From: a bacterium
Lineage (GTDB): Bacteria; Bacillota_I; Bacilli_A; RFN20; CAG-826
Length of the DNA stretch: 64,000 nucleotides
NCBI GenBank assembly: GCA_963622135.1
Contig: CAVFGR010000018.1
Span: forward strand, 5,185-69,184
Direction: 5' to 3'
How positions within the stretch are numbered: the stretch's first letter is position 1; each line of letters begins with the position of its first letter. Below the pieces are notes generated by a model. The model was not told the DNA's origin. It did not search any database and saw nothing but the letters and a program-made list of their open reading frames with translations. Below are positions 1 to 10,600 of this stretch, in pieces. Made by a program: the position numbers and the translations under genes.

Positions 1-151
1 TTTCTAAGTCCGAAATGAAAGACATAGCAAGACCCGAATCGATGGACAAAGTCAATTGGGTGTATCCGCGTTGTTTTCTTAAGAAGGCGATCCTTCGTCC
101 AAGCTGCCAAAGGAGGGAAAGCTCAATTTCTTTCTTTTTCATAGAGTTCAT
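1..151 (-). CDS. XRE (Cro/C1)-family HTH transcriptional regulator, N-terminal part only (gene runs off window start)
   Basis: Minus-strand ATG at 149-151 (alternative 140-142) preceded by AGGGAG. Translation MNSMKKKEIELSLLWQLGRRIAFLRKQRGYTQLTLSIDSGLAMSFISDLE has the typical HTH_3 pattern (IAFLRKQRGYTQ..L....G). It lies below the ORF-track length cutoff because it is truncated by the window edge. It overlaps the 3' end of whiA by about 20-30 nt in another frame. Confidence 0.35.
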   Translation of the reverse strand, partial: MNSMKKKEIELSLLWQLGRRIAFLRKQRGYTQLTLSIDSGLAMSFISDLE

Positions 152-1073
152 GAATCTCCCTAAATAAATGGTTAACATTCGATTTTGATACGGTCGCGTT
201 GATCTCTTCTGATAGGAGCTCCGCTATTTCGGCCAAAGGCATCTCAGGATTTTCTAGGCGGAGGCGACAAACGATCTCGGATTTCGGATTTTTGATTTTT
301 GAAAGGGCGTTTTTCTCCTGGAGAAATTTTATTTCCTCGACTTGCCTCGCTCCGGCTGACAAAGATTTTGATAGATTGGCGGTATCGAGATTAACCAAAC
401 GGTTGGTGACATTCCGATAATCTCTGGCCACGCGGACGTCTTCGTAATAAAAGCAGGCATTCTCCGCGCCGACAAAGATTAGGAAGTCGGCTATTTCCTC
501 GGATGATTTCAAATACACCAAATAGCCATTCCTTCTCTGTGAGACTCGTGGATGAAATGAATGGGTGGCGGCTTTCGCCCAAATTCTGCTCAGCCATTTG
601 GCATATTTCTCATCTTGGCAACGAATTTCCAAATGATAACTTCTGCAGTTTGGGTCATTGACCGAGCCGGAAGCCAGGAAAGCACCGCCTAAGTAGGCCG
701 CTATCTCATCCTTAAAGAAGGTTTCATCGTTAGGCAGCTCATCGCTAAAAGGATTGAGTTCCAAATCATCGATAATCCTATCGGCGTCTTCAACAATAAC
801 ATGATAGACGACTCGTTTGAGGAAACCTGCCGAACGGGTATATGAAAACCGAGCGGAAACCCCATAAACGTCATGGATGCAGGCATACAAAGCCTTGGCG
901 ATTGAAGCGATTGGAGAATCCAAAATCAATCGCGTCTTCCCTTTGACTAAGCGAATGTGCCCGTTTAACTTGATGAAGCTAGCCAAAAGAGCACGCTTCT
1001 CGGCGTCGGTCTTCTCTTTGCTGGCTATTTCTTCTTTGACGGAGGCAGCGAACGTCATAACTTGCTCGGCCAT
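123..1073 (-). CDS. whiA: Putative sporulation/cell-division transcription regulator WhiA
   Basis: 316 aa. Its length, the LAGLIDADG-like middle region and the C-terminal HTH (VNHLFREIHELYEKE tail) are typical of WhiA. It is adjacent to trxB as in the Bacillus yvc locus. Confidence 0.8.
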   Translation of the reverse strand: MAEQVMTFAASVKEEIASKEKTDAEKRALLASFIKLNGHIRLVKGKTRLILDSPIASIAKALYACIHDVYGVSARFSYTRSAGFLKRVVYHVIVEDADRIIDDLELNPFSDELPNDETFFKDEIAAYLGGAFLASGSVNDPNCRSYHLEIRCQDEKYAKWLSRIWAKAATHSFHPRVSQRRNGYLVYLKSSEEIADFLIFVGAENACFYYEDVRVARDYRNVTNRLVNLDTANLSKSLSAGARQVEEIKFLQEKNALSKIKNPKSEIVCRLRLENPEMPLAEIAELLSEEINATVSKSNVNHLFREIHELYEKERN

Positions 1074-1074
1074 C

Positions 1075-1971
1075 TTATTTTTTCAATCCATTCAGATAAC
1101 GGATGCAGGATGTGGCCGCTACAGCGCCTTCTCCCGCTGCGTTTACGACTTGTCTCAGTTTCTTATCCAAAACATCGCCGGCAGCATAAACGCCAGCCAC
1201 CGATGTCTCCTGCTCGCTGTTGGTTTTGATGAAGTTCTTGTTCATTTCCAAGTTAAGGCTACTTAAAAAGGAAGAGGCGGATTTTGGGCCATTGAGAGGG
1301 AAAATGGCCCCGATAGCGACTTCTTTTCCTTCGACGATGATCGAGGATACTTTGAAATCGCCTTTAATTTCTTCGAGTTTGGAATGTTCTTTAAGAACGA
1401 CGTTTGGCATCGCAGCTAAAGCCTTGATGTTCTTATCGCTCCCCTTTAATTCATTCGGACAAACAAACAACAATTCGGAAGATAACGGGGCCAAATACAA
1501 AGCCTCTTGGATGGCCTCGTCCCCATTTCCGTAGACGGCCATTTTTTGATTCAAGAAAAACCTTCCATCGCATGTCGCGCAGTAACTGACGCCTTTGCCT
1601 AAAAACTCTTTCTCGCCTTTGATAGAAGGAACGAAGGTTATCCCCGTTGCGACGATGATACCTTTCGATTCATATGAATCTAAATCGGTTTTGGTAATGA
1701 ATTTGTCGCCTTCTTTGGAAACCGACATGACGTTGCCATAGGTGACTTCGATGCCCAATGCCGTTGCGGCATCAATGAAAGCATTCGCCAATTCCATTCC
1801 AGATATGGCTTTAAATCCTGGATAGTTCTCTATTTTAGGTAGGGTATTCAGTCTTCCACCTGGAGCGTCTTTATCGATGATGATGGCTTTGTAAGCCGAT
1901 CTCGCCAAATAGGTGGCGGCGCTTAATCCCGCTGGGCCGGCTCCAATGATAACGACATCTGTCTCAACCAT
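1075..1971 (-). CDS. trxB: Thioredoxin-disulfide reductase
   Basis: 298 aa with an N-terminal FAD Rossmann motif VVIIGAGPAGLSAATY, the redox-active CATCDG motif (VSYCATCDGRFF) and a C-terminal GDV motif. Confidence 0.8.
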   Translation of the reverse strand: MVETDVVIIGAGPAGLSAATYLARSAYKAIIIDKDAPGGRLNTLPKIENYPGFKAISGMELANAFIDAATALGIEVTYGNVMSVSKEGDKFITKTDLDSYESKGIIVATGITFVPSIKGEKEFLGKGVSYCATCDGRFFLNQKMAVYGNGDEAIQEALYLAPLSSELLFVCPNELKGSDKNIKALAAMPNVVLKEHSKLEEIKGDFKVSSIIVEGKEVAIGAIFPLNGPKSASSFLSSLNLEMNKNFIKTNSEQETSVAGVYAAGDVLDKKLRQVVNAAGEGAVAATSCIRYLNGLKK

Positions 1972-3742
1972 TTTTGGCCTCCTTCTTGGCTTTGATACCT
2001 TGTTGGATATTCGGCCAAATAGTTAATAGCCCTATCGCGATGACAAAGATGCCGATCATCGCGTAGATGGCAAAGCCATATGAATTAGAATAATTGTAGC
2101 TAACGCTTGAGTTAGCATACGGATTGACCCATTTTGAGCCACCTAAGAAAAGGACCACGGAAGTTAAAGATAGCCCAATAGAAGCAACGGTCAGCGGCAG
2201 TTTTTGTTTTTTAAGGAAGCCACCGATTATCATAACGGCACCGCCCAAAAGCATCAAAATCCAAGCTGCCAAATGGACTGCGTCCCCTTTGGAGAACAAC
2301 ATATCGAAGCCGCTGATCGATTCGACATATTCGACTTCCGAAGAGCTGATGACTTTGCCAACGGACAAAGACGGGGCGGCCAGTAAGGCCGTTCCGAGAA
2401 TGGCGAGTCCCCCGCCGATAAGAGGAGTCACGAAGCCTTTGGCTTTTTCTTTCTTGTTGTAGGCGTGTAACTGAACGATGGCAATCATGCCAACGCCGAT
2501 AAGAATGTACATCAACGAGTTGATCACCGACCAAGATCCATCCGAGCCCATATTGAACTCGCTGTCTCTTAATGGTTCCAAAATGAAACGCACGACTCCA
2601 TACCAAATGAAGTAGGAAGCGGCAAGTTCTCCGCCTTTAAGCCATTTTTTGAAGCCTTGGCCAATGCCATAACGAATGATGAAATAACCGGCGAGATTAA
2701 TCATGCCTTCAATCAAAAATAGTGGGGCATATATCTGCCCAGCCTCAAGAACGGCCGAGCCTGAGTTAGAAATAGCCATTTGATTGGCGATCCAACTTGG
2801 AAGCCACTGCCAGCCATCGGAAAGATTAACGACTTGACCATAAACTTCGCAGTTGAAGAAATTGCCCCATCTGCCAATCGCTTGAGCGATGAGGATGGAA
2901 GGAATGCAAACATCCATCGCAAAGGACAATTTAACGTACTTCCTCCGGAAAATGATGAATAGGATACCGGCAAGCGCGCCGAAAGCAGCGCCGCCTAAAA
3001 TGGTTAATCCACCATCCCAAATGGCGAAGACTTCGCCAAATGGTCTGCCTTTGAACATGCGTTCCCAGTTGCCGACGACATACCAGATGCGAGCGCCGAT
3101 AATGCCGGCAGGAAAGGCAATCAAAGCCAGGTTATCCAAAATATTGTGTTTGTGGTACTTCAGATAGAACTGCCTGTCGCAAACGAAGTAAACGACGAAC
3201 ACGCCGGAGACGATGATGAGACCATAGAACGCCAAGCGGAAACTGCCATGGGCCTCGCCTGCGCTATAGAACTTAAGGACGCCGTCGATGACGGTTATCC
3301 CGCATGGAAGTGGATAACTCAAATATGGGGCGAATCCTTCCATAAAAACGAGGAACCCGGCCAAAACAGGCAAGATGGAAACCAAGCACATTATGGAGAA
3401 AAACTTCTTGGTTCTCGCTTCAATTGAAGATTCCCTGTAGCGGAATGAGAAACCAGAGAATAAAGCGGAAGCCCCAAAGCCAAAGAAGAAGCCACCCAAA
3501 GCGGACATCGCCATATGGCCCGCACGAGCATCAACCCATGTCGGGTTCGCGAGGAAGGCGCCGATGAAAGCGAGCATGACGCCGACACCGGAGGCAAAAA
3601 TCAAAGACCCAATCAGCCACCAATCCTTTTTGGTCAATTTGGTGATGATCTTCGTTTTGCAAATGTTTCTCTCGTAGATAATTTTGTAAATGACGGACCC
3701 AAGGAATATAAGAGTGCCGATGATAGAAAGTGCGATGCCCAT
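1964..3742 (-). CDS. lgt: Prolipoprotein diacylglyceryl transferase, unusually long (592 aa) with extra N- and C-terminal transmembrane extensions
   Basis: The central region carries the Lgt core (FPAGIIGARIWYVVGNWE...FAIWDGGLTILGGAAFG) and the Lgt signature IGRWGNFFNCEVYG. About 140 aa of hydrophobic N-terminal and about 150 aa of C-terminal extension flank it. It overlaps trxB and uvrA by a few nt. Confidence 0.75.
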   Translation of the reverse strand: MGIALSIIGTLIFLGSVIYKIIYERNICKTKIITKLTKKDWWLIGSLIFASGVGVMLAFIGAFLANPTWVDARAGHMAMSALGGFFFGFGASALFSGFSFRYRESSIEARTKKFFSIMCLVSILPVLAGFLVFMEGFAPYLSYPLPCGITVIDGVLKFYSAGEAHGSFRLAFYGLIIVSGVFVVYFVCDRQFYLKYHKHNILDNLALIAFPAGIIGARIWYVVGNWERMFKGRPFGEVFAIWDGGLTILGGAAFGALAGILFIIFRRKYVKLSFAMDVCIPSILIAQAIGRWGNFFNCEVYGQVVNLSDGWQWLPSWIANQMAISNSGSAVLEAGQIYAPLFLIEGMINLAGYFIIRYGIGQGFKKWLKGGELAASYFIWYGVVRFILEPLRDSEFNMGSDGSWSVINSLMYILIGVGMIAIVQLHAYNKKEKAKGFVTPLIGGGLAILGTALLAAPSLSVGKVISSSEVEYVESISGFDMLFSKGDAVHLAAWILMLLGGAVMIIGGFLKKQKLPLTVASIGLSLTSVVLFLGGSKWVNPYANSSVSYNYSNSYGFAIYAMIGIFVIAIGLLTIWPNIQQGIKAKKEAKNG

Positions 3743-6585
3743 TATTTCTTTTCCTTCCCGAGCAGAGGCTTGAGGTATTGTCCCGTATAGCTCTTTTCGT
3801 TTTTTGATACTTCTTCTGGCGTTCCGCTCGCGACAAGCTCGCCACCATAATCCCCGCCTTCAGGGCCCAAATCGATGATATAATCGGCCACCTTAATGAC
3901 ATCGAGGTTATGTTCGATGACAATCACCGTATCCCCGTGATCGACAAGGGATTGAATGACTTTGATAAGGCGATTGACATCGTCGCTGTGCAAGCCGGTG
4001 GTCGGCTCATCGAGGATATAGACCGTCTTGCCCGTCGGCCTTCGTTGCAATTCATTCGCCAATTTGACACGTTGGGCTTCGCCGCCGGATAAGGTGGTGG
4101 CTGGCTGACCTAATTTGATGTAACCAAGTCCGACATCGTTCAATGTCTTGATTGAATGATAGATTTTTGGTCTATTTTCGAAGAACTTCAAAGCGTCTTC
4201 GATACGCATATCAAGGACGTCATAGATGTTCTTGCCTTTATAAGAGCAGGCCAATGTCTCTTCGTTATACCTATGGCCCTCGCATTCGTCGCATTTGACA
4301 TAGACATCAGGCAAGAAATTCATCGGAACGATCATCACGCCCGCGCCACCGCACTTCTCACAACGACCGCCAGGGACGTTGAAAGAGAATCTGGATTTAT
4401 CAAACCCTTTGGCTCTTGCCTCTTCCGTTTCAGCGAACAACGCGCGGATGTCGTCGAACACTTTGGTATAGGTGGCTGGGTTGCTTCTCGGCGTTCTCCC
4501 GATAGGTTCTTGGGTGATTTGAACTAGTTTGTCGATGTAAGACAACCCTTCGATGGATTTGTACTTGCCAGGGATGATATCCGGATCATCGTTTATTTTT
4601 CTTTCAATGGCCTTAGCCAACGTCTCGTTGATCAAAGATGACTTTCCAGAACCGGAGACGCCGGTGACGACGACTAGCTCGCCTAAAGGAATCTCAACAT
4701 CGATGTTTTTGAGGTTATGGCATTCGGCCCCTTTGATAACGAGCTTCTTGCCGTTTCCTTTTCGTCTTTCGCTCGGAATCTCAATCTTTTTCTCCCCAGA
4801 AAGATATTTCCCGGTTACGGATTCCTTGCAGTTTATGATGTCTTGGACCGAACCAGTAGCTACGATGCTCCCGCCGTGAACGCCGGCCCCTGGACCAATA
4901 TCGACGATATAATCCGCGGCGCGCATCGTATCTTCATCGTGCTCAACGACGATCAAAGTATTGCCTAAATCCCTCATTTCTTTGAGGGTGGTTATCAGTT
5001 TGTCGTTATCACGTTGATGTAAACCAATAGAAGGTTCATCCAAAACGTAAAGAACACCGGTTAATTTAGAGCCGATCTGAGTGGCTAAGCGGATGCGTTG
5101 AGCCTCACCGCCAGAAAGAGTCATCGCCATACGGCTTAAGGTCAAATAATCCAGCCCCACATCAGATAGGAACTTGGCTCTATTCTTGATTTCTTTCAAG
5201 ACCAAGGCCGCGATTTTCCTATCGTTCTCACTCAAAGAGGCATCGACCTCGTCGATGTATTTAAGGAGGTTTTTGATGGATAGTTCTGTAACTTCAAAGA
5301 TGTTTTTGCCATTAACGAGAACCGCCAAAGCTTGCTCATTGAGTCTAGAACCATGGCAAGTCGGGCATTCATCGTCACGCATAAAGCTCTCGTAATAGTC
5401 GCGCATCCAAGAAGACGTGGTTGTGGCGTAAAGTCTTTCAATCTTATTTTTAATGCCTTCGACATAGCCAGTCTTACGCATTTGATTGCCGTTTATGGTC
5501 TTATAGGTTCTATTGATTTCCTCTTTGGAGCCATTGAGGATGATATCCTTTTGTTCTTCGCTTAAATCCTTCCATGGCTTATCAAGCGGAATCTTGTAGG
5601 TCTTGCAAAGGAAGGTCATGTCCTGCCACTCGATATTCGTCGCGTTGATCATCGACTTGTAATAACGAATGGCCCCTTGAAGCATCGTCTTATTTGGGTC
5701 AGGAACCAATAAATCAACGGAAACGGTCTTGTTGATGCCTAAACCCTTGCAGGTTGGGCACGCTCCCAAAATGGCGTTGAACGAAAACAATCTCGGCTCC
5801 AATTTGGGGACGGAAAAGCCACATTCGGGGCAAGTGTGATTCGAAGAAACCAATCTTTCGCCGCTTTCGCTTAGCAAGATAACCTCGCCATGCCCCCAGT
5901 CCAAAGCCAACTCAATATCTTCGAAGCAGCGAGATCTGGATTCCGGCTTGACGATGATTCTGTCTATGACGATATCGATATCATGACGCTTGTTCTTATC
6001 CAAATCGCCGACTTCTTCTAAAAGAAGGATTTGTCCATCGACTCTAACTCTGACAAAGCCTTGGCTGACTAATTTGGTTAAGGTGTCTTTATGTGTTCCT
6101 TTTTCGTGTTTGACGATAGGCGCCAAAATTTGGAGCTTGGTTCCATTTTCATAACCCATCGCAATATCGGTGATGGCGCTTTTTGAAAAAGAAACGATTG
6201 GCCGATGATGTCTTGGGCAATATGGAACGCCGACCCTAGCGAACAAAAGACGCAGGAAGTCATAGATTTCCGTAACGGTCCCAACCGTTGAACGAGGATT
6301 ATGGGAGGTCGTTTTTTGGTCTATCGAAATAGCAGGCGATAAGCCCTCGATGCTATCGACGTCTGGTTTGTCCACGCCGCCTAAAAACTGACGGGCGTAA
6401 GGGGAAAGGGATTCGACGTAGCGCCGTTGTCCCTCGGCATAAATGGTATCGAACGCCAAGGTGGTCTTTCCCGACCCTGAAAGGCCGGTGAAAACAGTCA
6501 AAGAATCCTTAGGAATCTCCAAATTGATGTTCTTGAGATTGTTCTCTCTCGCCCCTTTGACGACGATAAATCTTTTGTTACTCAT
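3742..6585 (-). CDS. uvrA: Excinuclease ABC subunit A
   Basis: 947 aa. Two ABC ATPase modules ([10 protein letters not shown] and [10 protein letters not shown] Walker A; two LSGGEAQR signatures) and zinc-finger Cys clusters (CPECGF..CPTC; CEKCGG..CDEC). Confidence 0.95.
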   Translation of the reverse strand: MSNKRFIVVKGARENNLKNINLEIPKDSLTVFTGLSGSGKTTLAFDTIYAEGQRRYVESLSPYARQFLGGVDKPDVDSIEGLSPAISIDQKTTSHNPRSTVGTVTEIYDFLRLLFARVGVPYCPRHHRPIVSFSKSAITDIAMGYENGTKLQILAPIVKHEKGTHKDTLTKLVSQGFVRVRVDGQILLLEEVGDLDKNKRHDIDIVIDRIIVKPESRSRCFEDIELALDWGHGEVILLSESGERLVSSNHTCPECGFSVPKLEPRLFSFNAILGACPTCKGLGINKTVSVDLLVPDPNKTMLQGAIRYYKSMINATNIEWQDMTFLCKTYKIPLDKPWKDLSEEQKDIILNGSKEEINRTYKTINGNQMRKTGYVEGIKNKIERLYATTTSSWMRDYYESFMRDDECPTCHGSRLNEQALAVLVNGKNIFEVTELSIKNLLKYIDEVDASLSENDRKIAALVLKEIKNRAKFLSDVGLDYLTLSRMAMTLSGGEAQRIRLATQIGSKLTGVLYVLDEPSIGLHQRDNDKLITTLKEMRDLGNTLIVVEHDEDTMRAADYIVDIGPGAGVHGGSIVATGSVQDIINCKESVTGKYLSGEKKIEIPSERRKGNGKKLVIKGAECHNLKNIDVEIPLGELVVVTGVSGSGKSSLINETLAKAIERKINDDPDIIPGKYKSIEGLSYIDKLVQITQEPIGRTPRSNPATYTKVFDDIRALFAETEEARAKGFDKSRFSFNVPGGRCEKCGGAGVMIVPMNFLPDVYVKCDECEGHRYNEETLACSYKGKNIYDVLDMRIEDALKFFENRPKIYHSIKTLNDVGLGYIKLGQPATTLSGGEAQRVKLANELQRRPTGKTVYILDEPTTGLHSDDVNRLIKVIQSLVDHGDTVIVIEHNLDVIKVADYIIDLGPEGGDYGGELVASGTPEEVSKNEKSYTGQYLKPLLGKEKK

Positions 6586-6655
6586 ACCCCGCTATTATAA
6601 CGGGGTATTTTCATAACGCACGCAGAATACTTCGAATCGATGTCATTTCGGTGTG

Positions 6656-7609
6656 TCAAAAGCCTTCGAGATCCATGGTTTTGAGACTTGACATATGACG
6701 GAAGACGGTTCGCTCGCTCTTGTTTAATACCCTTGCCAGTCGAGAAAGATTGAGCTTCTGCTTTCTAAACAAACGCATCATCAAAACGCCCTTGATTGTT
6801 TCCTGCTCACCTAAGCTCATCGATATCTTATTTAGCCTTTCCAAAGTTAGCTTCCACCGCCTCTCCTTTTCTTCCAAATCGAGGCGATTTTTGTTCAATT
6901 CATTCAGCAATGATTGGCAAATCAGTTCCAAGTATTCATTTAAATCAAAACTCATCTCCGAACGTTTGAAGGCCAAGAAATATTTCTTTTGGTCGTCATT
7001 GAAAGAGGCCGAGAACCTCGTACCGAGAAATTCATAGATGCTGCCTTTGAGATTCCGATAAGTTAAGAACCTTCCTATCAATCCATTCATAATCTCGTAA
7101 GGGTGGATATATTCAAAGACGAAATGTTCGATCAACGCCCAAATCAAGGTATCTTCCTTTAGAAAGCGTTCCCGCATGGACTTTAACTTTTCCAATCCCA
7201 AGCGAACATCGGTCTCATCCTTGCAGGGCGAACTTACCGAAAAACCCACTTTAAGCGATAGGTTTTTCAGCGGATTGACTCGGTTTTTGATAACTAGGGG
7301 CTTCTCTTTCAAATAAAGATCCTCGAGCCTCCTCATCCTCGGATATTCATCCAAAGAACAAGAGGCCATAGCCTCATCCAAGATGCAGGAATGTTCGTAT
7401 TCCCTTCTTATAGTAGGTCCGAGCCTATTTAAAATCTTCTCGATTTCGTATAGGTTCTTCAATATTCCTTCTTTAAGGCTCATCAAAGAAGGAGAGTAGG
7501 CGAAGAAGAATTCCCTCCCGCCAAAAGAAAAACGGCGCGCCCCGCTTAAAAGAGCACGCCGTTTGTTTTCTTCGTGTTCCGAAGATACAAAAGTGTTTGG
7601 ATAGCTCAT
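6656..7609 (-). CDS. Hypothetical protein with a degenerate Fic-like motif and C-terminal HTH
   Basis: 317 aa. HPYEIMNGLIGRF resembles the Fic motif HPFx[DE]GNGRxxR but has substitutions. The C-terminus LSRLARVLNKSERTVFRHMSSL resembles a winged HTH, as in many Fic-family proteins. Confidence 0.35.
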   Translation of the reverse strand: MSYPNTFVSSEHEENKRRALLSGARRFSFGGREFFFAYSPSLMSLKEGILKNLYEIEKILNRLGPTIRREYEHSCILDEAMASCSLDEYPRMRRLEDLYLKEKPLVIKNRVNPLKNLSLKVGFSVSSPCKDETDVRLGLEKLKSMRERFLKEDTLIWALIEHFVFEYIHPYEIMNGLIGRFLTYRNLKGSIYEFLGTRFSASFNDDQKKYFLAFKRSEMSFDLNEYLELICQSLLNELNKNRLDLEEKERRWKLTLERLNKISMSLGEQETIKGVLMMRLFRKQKLNLSRLARVLNKSERTVFRHMSSLKTMDLEGF

Positions 7610-7653
7610 GCTTGTCTCCTATTTGAGATAAGCATATATGGAAAATCGTCAAC

Positions 7654-7681
7654 TAAAAAAGCCCTGTGGTTGGCAGGGCTT
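7654..7681 (-). terminator. Rho-independent terminator downstream of nifJ
   Basis: On the minus strand: AGCCCTG-CCAACCA-CAGGGCT (7 bp perfect stem) followed by TTTTTTAGTT. It lies 18 nt after the nifJ stop. Confidence 0.55.
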
Positions 7682-7698
7682 AATTGAGAGATTTTGGA

Positions 7699-10600
7699 TT
7701 AAAGGCCGAATTTCTTAACGGCTTCCAATCTATCTTTGGCGTAGGCTTCGCACTTATTGAGCAAGTTCTCGGCTTCCTCTGGGTTGACGATTGGCAACTG
7801 AGCGAAACGAGTCTGATGCATCAAGAAGTCGCGGAACTTGGACCAGTCTGGATCCTTGCAATCCATCTCCAAGCCAGGTTTGCCTTCTTTGACCTTGCGT
7901 GGATCATATCTGAAGGTCTGGAAGTAGCCACATTCAACAGCCTGTTTTTCTTCCAAGATGGAGTTGGACAAGCCGCCTTTGATACCATGGTTGATACATG
8001 GGCAGTAGCAGATGATCAAGGATGGTCCGTCATAGGATTCAGCTTCCTTCAAAGCTTGGATGGCTTTGACTGGGTTGGCACCCAAAGCGATCTGAGCGAC
8101 ATAGACATGTCCATAGGACATAGCAAGCAAGGCAAGGTTCTTCTTGGCTTCTTTCTTGCCAGAAGCGGTGAACTTGTTGATGGAACCGGTCTGGGAGGAC
8201 TTGGAGGCCTGGCCACCGGTATTGGAATAAAGTTCGGTATCAAGGACTAAGACGTTGACGTCGGCTTCGTTAGCCAAGACATGGTCTAAGCCACCATAAC
8301 CGATATCGTAGGACCAGCCATCGCCACCGACGATCCAAACGGACTTATCGATCAAGTCGCGTTCGTATTCAAGGAGTTCCTTGACGGCTTCGTTCTTGGA
8401 GGCTTTGACAGCGGCAACCAAGTCGTTGACGATGGAACGGATGAATTCGCGGTTCTTGACGTTGGCGAGATACTGGTTAGCAAGATCTTTGAGGTTTTCT
8501 TCGACGTCTTCAGCTTCAACCGCGGCAGAAAGGATTCTGACGATCTGGGTGAGCTTGTAGTCGGTCGCGATTCTCATACCAAAGCCAAATTCAGCGTTGT
8601 CCTCGAATAAGGAGTTAGCCCAAGCTGGACCATTGCCGTTGTTATCGCGGACGAATGGGGTAAGTGGGGTAGAACCGCAGTAGATGGAAGAGCAGCCGGT
8701 CGCGTTGGCAACGAGCATGTCTTTGCCGAACAATTGGCTGGTTAAGCGATAATATGGGGTTTCGCCGCATCCAGCGCAAGCACCGGAAACTTCCATGTAT
8801 GGCATCAAGAAGCTAACGCCCTTAACGGTAGTGAGTGGGTACTTATCGGCCTTATATTCGGTGTGCTTATAGAGATAATCGGCGCCTTCTTCTTGAGCGA
8901 ATTGAGACTTGGCCTCAACCATCTTAAGAGCGAAGTGATCGTTTCCGAGTTTCTTGGCGGTTTGGTTGCCTAAGCATTCAGAGACGCAGAGACCGCAACC
9001 AACGCAGTTCTTTGGAGAAACTTGGATGCGATATTTCAAGCCAGCGACAGCTGGGCCACCTAAAGCGTTCTTCAAATCGTTCTTAACGATCTCTGGAGCG
9101 TTTTCGACTTCTTTCTCATTGAGCAAGAATGGACGGATGGTAGCATGTGGGCAAACGAAGGCGCACTGGTTGCATTCGATACAATAAGCGGAGTTCCATT
9201 GTGGGACCATCGCGGCGATTTCACGCTTGTCATAGAAGGTGACGTTTGGATTCATCGTGCCGGAGTTCAATTCGAACTTACGGAAGGTGGAAGTTGGGAT
9301 ATCATCGCCATCCAAATTACCGATGACGTTGTAATACTCGTCGAAGTATTCATCGCCGGTGTTGGACTTTCTACGGGCAACAGGAAGTTCGATCCACTTT
9401 GGATCAACTTTGACTTCCTTCAATCCATCGGCGCCACCATCGATGGCCTTATAGTTGAGGTCAACGATAGCCTGGCCTTTTTTGGCGTAGGACTTAAGGG
9501 CGAACTTCTTCATCCATTTCTGCGCTTCGGCATATGGCATGATCTGCTCGTTGAGTTTGAAGAAGGAGCTTTGGAGAACGGTGTTGGTTCTGCGGCCTAA
9601 GCCGATATCTTCAGCGATCTTATTGGCGTCGATGATGTAGAATTTCGCTTTTCTTTCAGCCAATAAGTGCTTCATGCGGTTTGGCATGGAAGCGATCAAA
9701 GTCGCTTCATCCATATCGGTGTTGAGCAAGAAGGTCCCGCCTTCTTTCAAATTGTTGATGATATCGAAACGGAAGATGTAAGTGTCTAAGGAGCAGGAGA
9801 TGAAGTCAGCGTTCTTGACATAGTATTCGGAGTGGATTGGATCCTTGCCGAAACGTAAGTGGGAACGAGTGACACCACCGGACTTACGGGAGTCATACTG
9901 GAAGTAAGCCTGAGCATACTGGTGAGTAGCATCGCCGATGATCTTGATGGAGCTCTTGTTGGCTGAGACGGTACCGTCGCTTCCTAAGCCATAGAACAAG
10001 CAGGAAGTATAGTCGTGATCAATGAAGAATTTGTCATCAACCGGCAAGGATAAATGGGTGACATCATCCTTGATACCGATGGTGAAGGAATTCCAACGGT
10101 TTGGATTGTCTAAGTGATCGAAGACCGCTTTGACATCCTTTGGCTGGGTATCCTTGGAGGATAAGCCATAACGGCCACCTAAGACTTCGATATCGGTTCT
10201 GTGCTCTTGAGATAAGGCAGCGATGACATCGAGATAAAGTGGTTCGCCAGTGGCACCGGCTTCTTTGGTGCGGTCTAAGACGGCAACCTGTTTGACGGAA
10301 GCTGGGATGACTTTGGATAAGAGCTTGGCGCTGAATGGACGATAGAGATGGACTTTGACCAAGCCGACTTTTTCGCCTTTGGCATTCAAAGCGTCGACGA
10401 CTTCACCAGCGGTTTCGGTGATGGAGCCCATGGCGATGATGACCTTAGTGGCATCTTTGGCACCATAGTAAACGAATGGGGCATATTCTCTGCCGGTCAA
10501 ACGAGTGGCTTCTTCAAAGTATTTGCAAGCATAGTCGATGACGGCTTCGTGTTCTAAGTTCTGAGCTTCGCAAGCCTGGAAGTAAACGTCATCGTTTTCC

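Noticed and set aside
7684-8250. 188-aa plus-strand ORF, and many similar 60-270-aa ORFs antisense to large genes (e.g. 14217-14942, 22835-23653, 34477-34989, 38492-39274, 50493-51035, 62613-62981)
   Set aside because: Each lies wholly inside a well-supported conserved gene on the opposite strand (nifJ, BIG2 lipoprotein, SBP, fusA, rpoC, nusG, aldolase). They have low-complexity Gly/Asp/Val-rich translations typical of antisense frames and no RBS. They are treated as spurious.
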